Of a stretch of 64,000 nucleotides of DNA, positions 63,431-64,000 are shown in pieces. Each line of letters begins with the position of its first letter. Position 1 is the first letter of the stretch. The stretch covers positions 19,740 through 83,739 of the forward strand of contig JAMCTH010000004.1 of the NCBI GenBank assembly GCA_023379025.1, in the 5' to 3' direction. The notes below the pieces were generated by a model. That model ran no database searches and was not told where the DNA came from. It saw only the letters and a list, made by a program, of their open reading frames with translations. This DNA is from Patescibacteria group bacterium (GTDB lineage Bacteria > Patescibacteriota > Microgenomatia > UBA10105 > UBA927). Position numbers and translations under genes: made by a program.

Positions 63431-64000
63431 TCAATCCTGTTCTTGTTTTTGCATCATTTCCTTCAATACTAGCAGTCCGAAGGTGCCGAGTGCTAATTGC
63501 CGGCGCCACCGCCAGGGCTCATGGATAAGCCTCCAGAGCCATTTAACGCCCAGATCGTTTACAACCGCCGGTGCTCCGGGCACTCTCCCGCTTATCTCAT
63601 CAAAGGATCCGCCGACGGACATGAAAACACAGGATTGGGAGAGAGGGAGAGAGGGAGAGAGGGAGAGATATTGTATGAATTGAGCAATGAGATATTCCTG
63701 CTTGGGAGCGCCAAGACCGACAAAAACCATGCGAACTCCCGTTACCCTGATCTTTTCAGCAATCCTTACAACATACGGCTTATCAAGGTTTATTTCAGAT
63801 TGTTCCATTGCGACATTGTCGGATTGATTGAGAATGTTCGTATGTTGCGTATGCCTTCGTTGCTCTTCAAAGGCTTTTTTTGAGATTTGGTCATTGGAAT
63901 TTGAGATTTCTATCTCCGGTCCGTCTTCTGCCCAGCCGCGGAGGCCGGAATACGCTGCCTGTAAGCACTCAAGCGTCTTAACTGCTAATCCTCCCCTTCC
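63431..64000 (-). CDS. WecB/TagA/CpsF-family glycosyltransferase (GT26), partial; continues past the window edge
   Basis: VFVGLGAPKQE ... VGGSFDEISG ... LGVKWLWRLIHEPWRWRRQ is the family signature. The reading frame stays open upstream to position 64000. It contains an 8-nt simple repeat and the ~37-nt shared insert. Confidence 0.6.
   Translation of the reverse strand, partial: GRGGLAVKTLECLQAAYSGLRGWAEDGPEIEISNSNDQISKKAFEEQRRHTQHTNILNQSDNVAMEQSEINLDKPYVVRIAEKIRVTGVRMVFVGLGAPKQEYLIAQFIQYLSLSPSLPLSQSCVFMSVGGSFDEISGRVPGAPAVVNDLGVKWLWRLIHEPWRWRRQLALGTFGLLVLKEMMQKQEQD
63637..63668. repeat. Simple sequence repeat (GGGAGAGA)x4 inside the WecB/TagA-family gene
   Basis: Four perfect 8-nt units. On the minus strand they encode SLSPSLPLSQ, inserted between the conserved KQE and VGGSFD blocks. 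Confidence 0.8.
63878..63914. repeat. ~37-nt shared element copy 2, in-frame in the WecB/TagA-family gene
   Basis: tttgagatttggtcattggaatttgagatttc. Encodes EISNSNDQIS on the minus strand. Confidence 0.6.

Overview
Overall, this 64-kb window looks like it comes from a small-genome, CPR-like bacterium; that assignment rests on gene content and is tentative. All coordinates I read by hand are +/-1-2 nt.

(1) Site-specific island (1356-7714) inserted at the 3' end of a tRNA-Trp(CCA). Three copies of a roughly 100-110-bp repeat flank a large serine recombinase gene and a 4.4-kb cargo segment. The cargo carries a C-protein/REase/Dam-family MTase restriction-modification module, a LexA-like S24 repressor, and a translationally coupled pair made of a ThsB-like TIR (DUF1863-like) protein and a single-pass membrane protein. 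I found no SIR2, SLOG or Macro partner for that TIR protein. This pair is my best candidate for an undescribed defense module. A possible transposase remnant (7791-8474) lies just right of the island.

(2) A giant 6.3k-residue membrane-anchored multidomain protein (10973-29830, minus strand). I can see Cys-rich modules, FHA, a PPP-type phosphatase, an HExxH domain, a Pro-Thr linker and a C-terminal GH5-like domain. It has long near-identical internal repeats.

(3) tRNA cluster plus secE-nusG-rplKA ... rplJL block (36136-42638). Asn, Trp, Glu, an Arg-like and a Pro-like tRNA precede secE. Three unrelated genes sit between rplA and rplJ. No rpoB follows rplL; a pair of paralogous hypothetical proteins sits there instead.

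(4) Sugar and central-carbon cluster. It includes galT, an archaeal-type PPAT fused to a DUF359-like domain, transaldolase, ECF sigma with anti-sigma, rpe, rpiB, zwf, glgA, several GT4 glycosyltransferases, and a WecB/TagA-family gene that carries an 8-nt simple repeat in its coding frame.

(5) Recurring non-coding motifs: a ~42-nt GATTC-N30-GAAGCTA element present four times, two of them bracketing a PaaX-like regulator gene; a CGAACTAA direct-repeat motif in at least seven intergenic regions; and a ~37-nt segment shared in-frame by two unrelated genes.

I found no CRISPR array and no rRNA gene.
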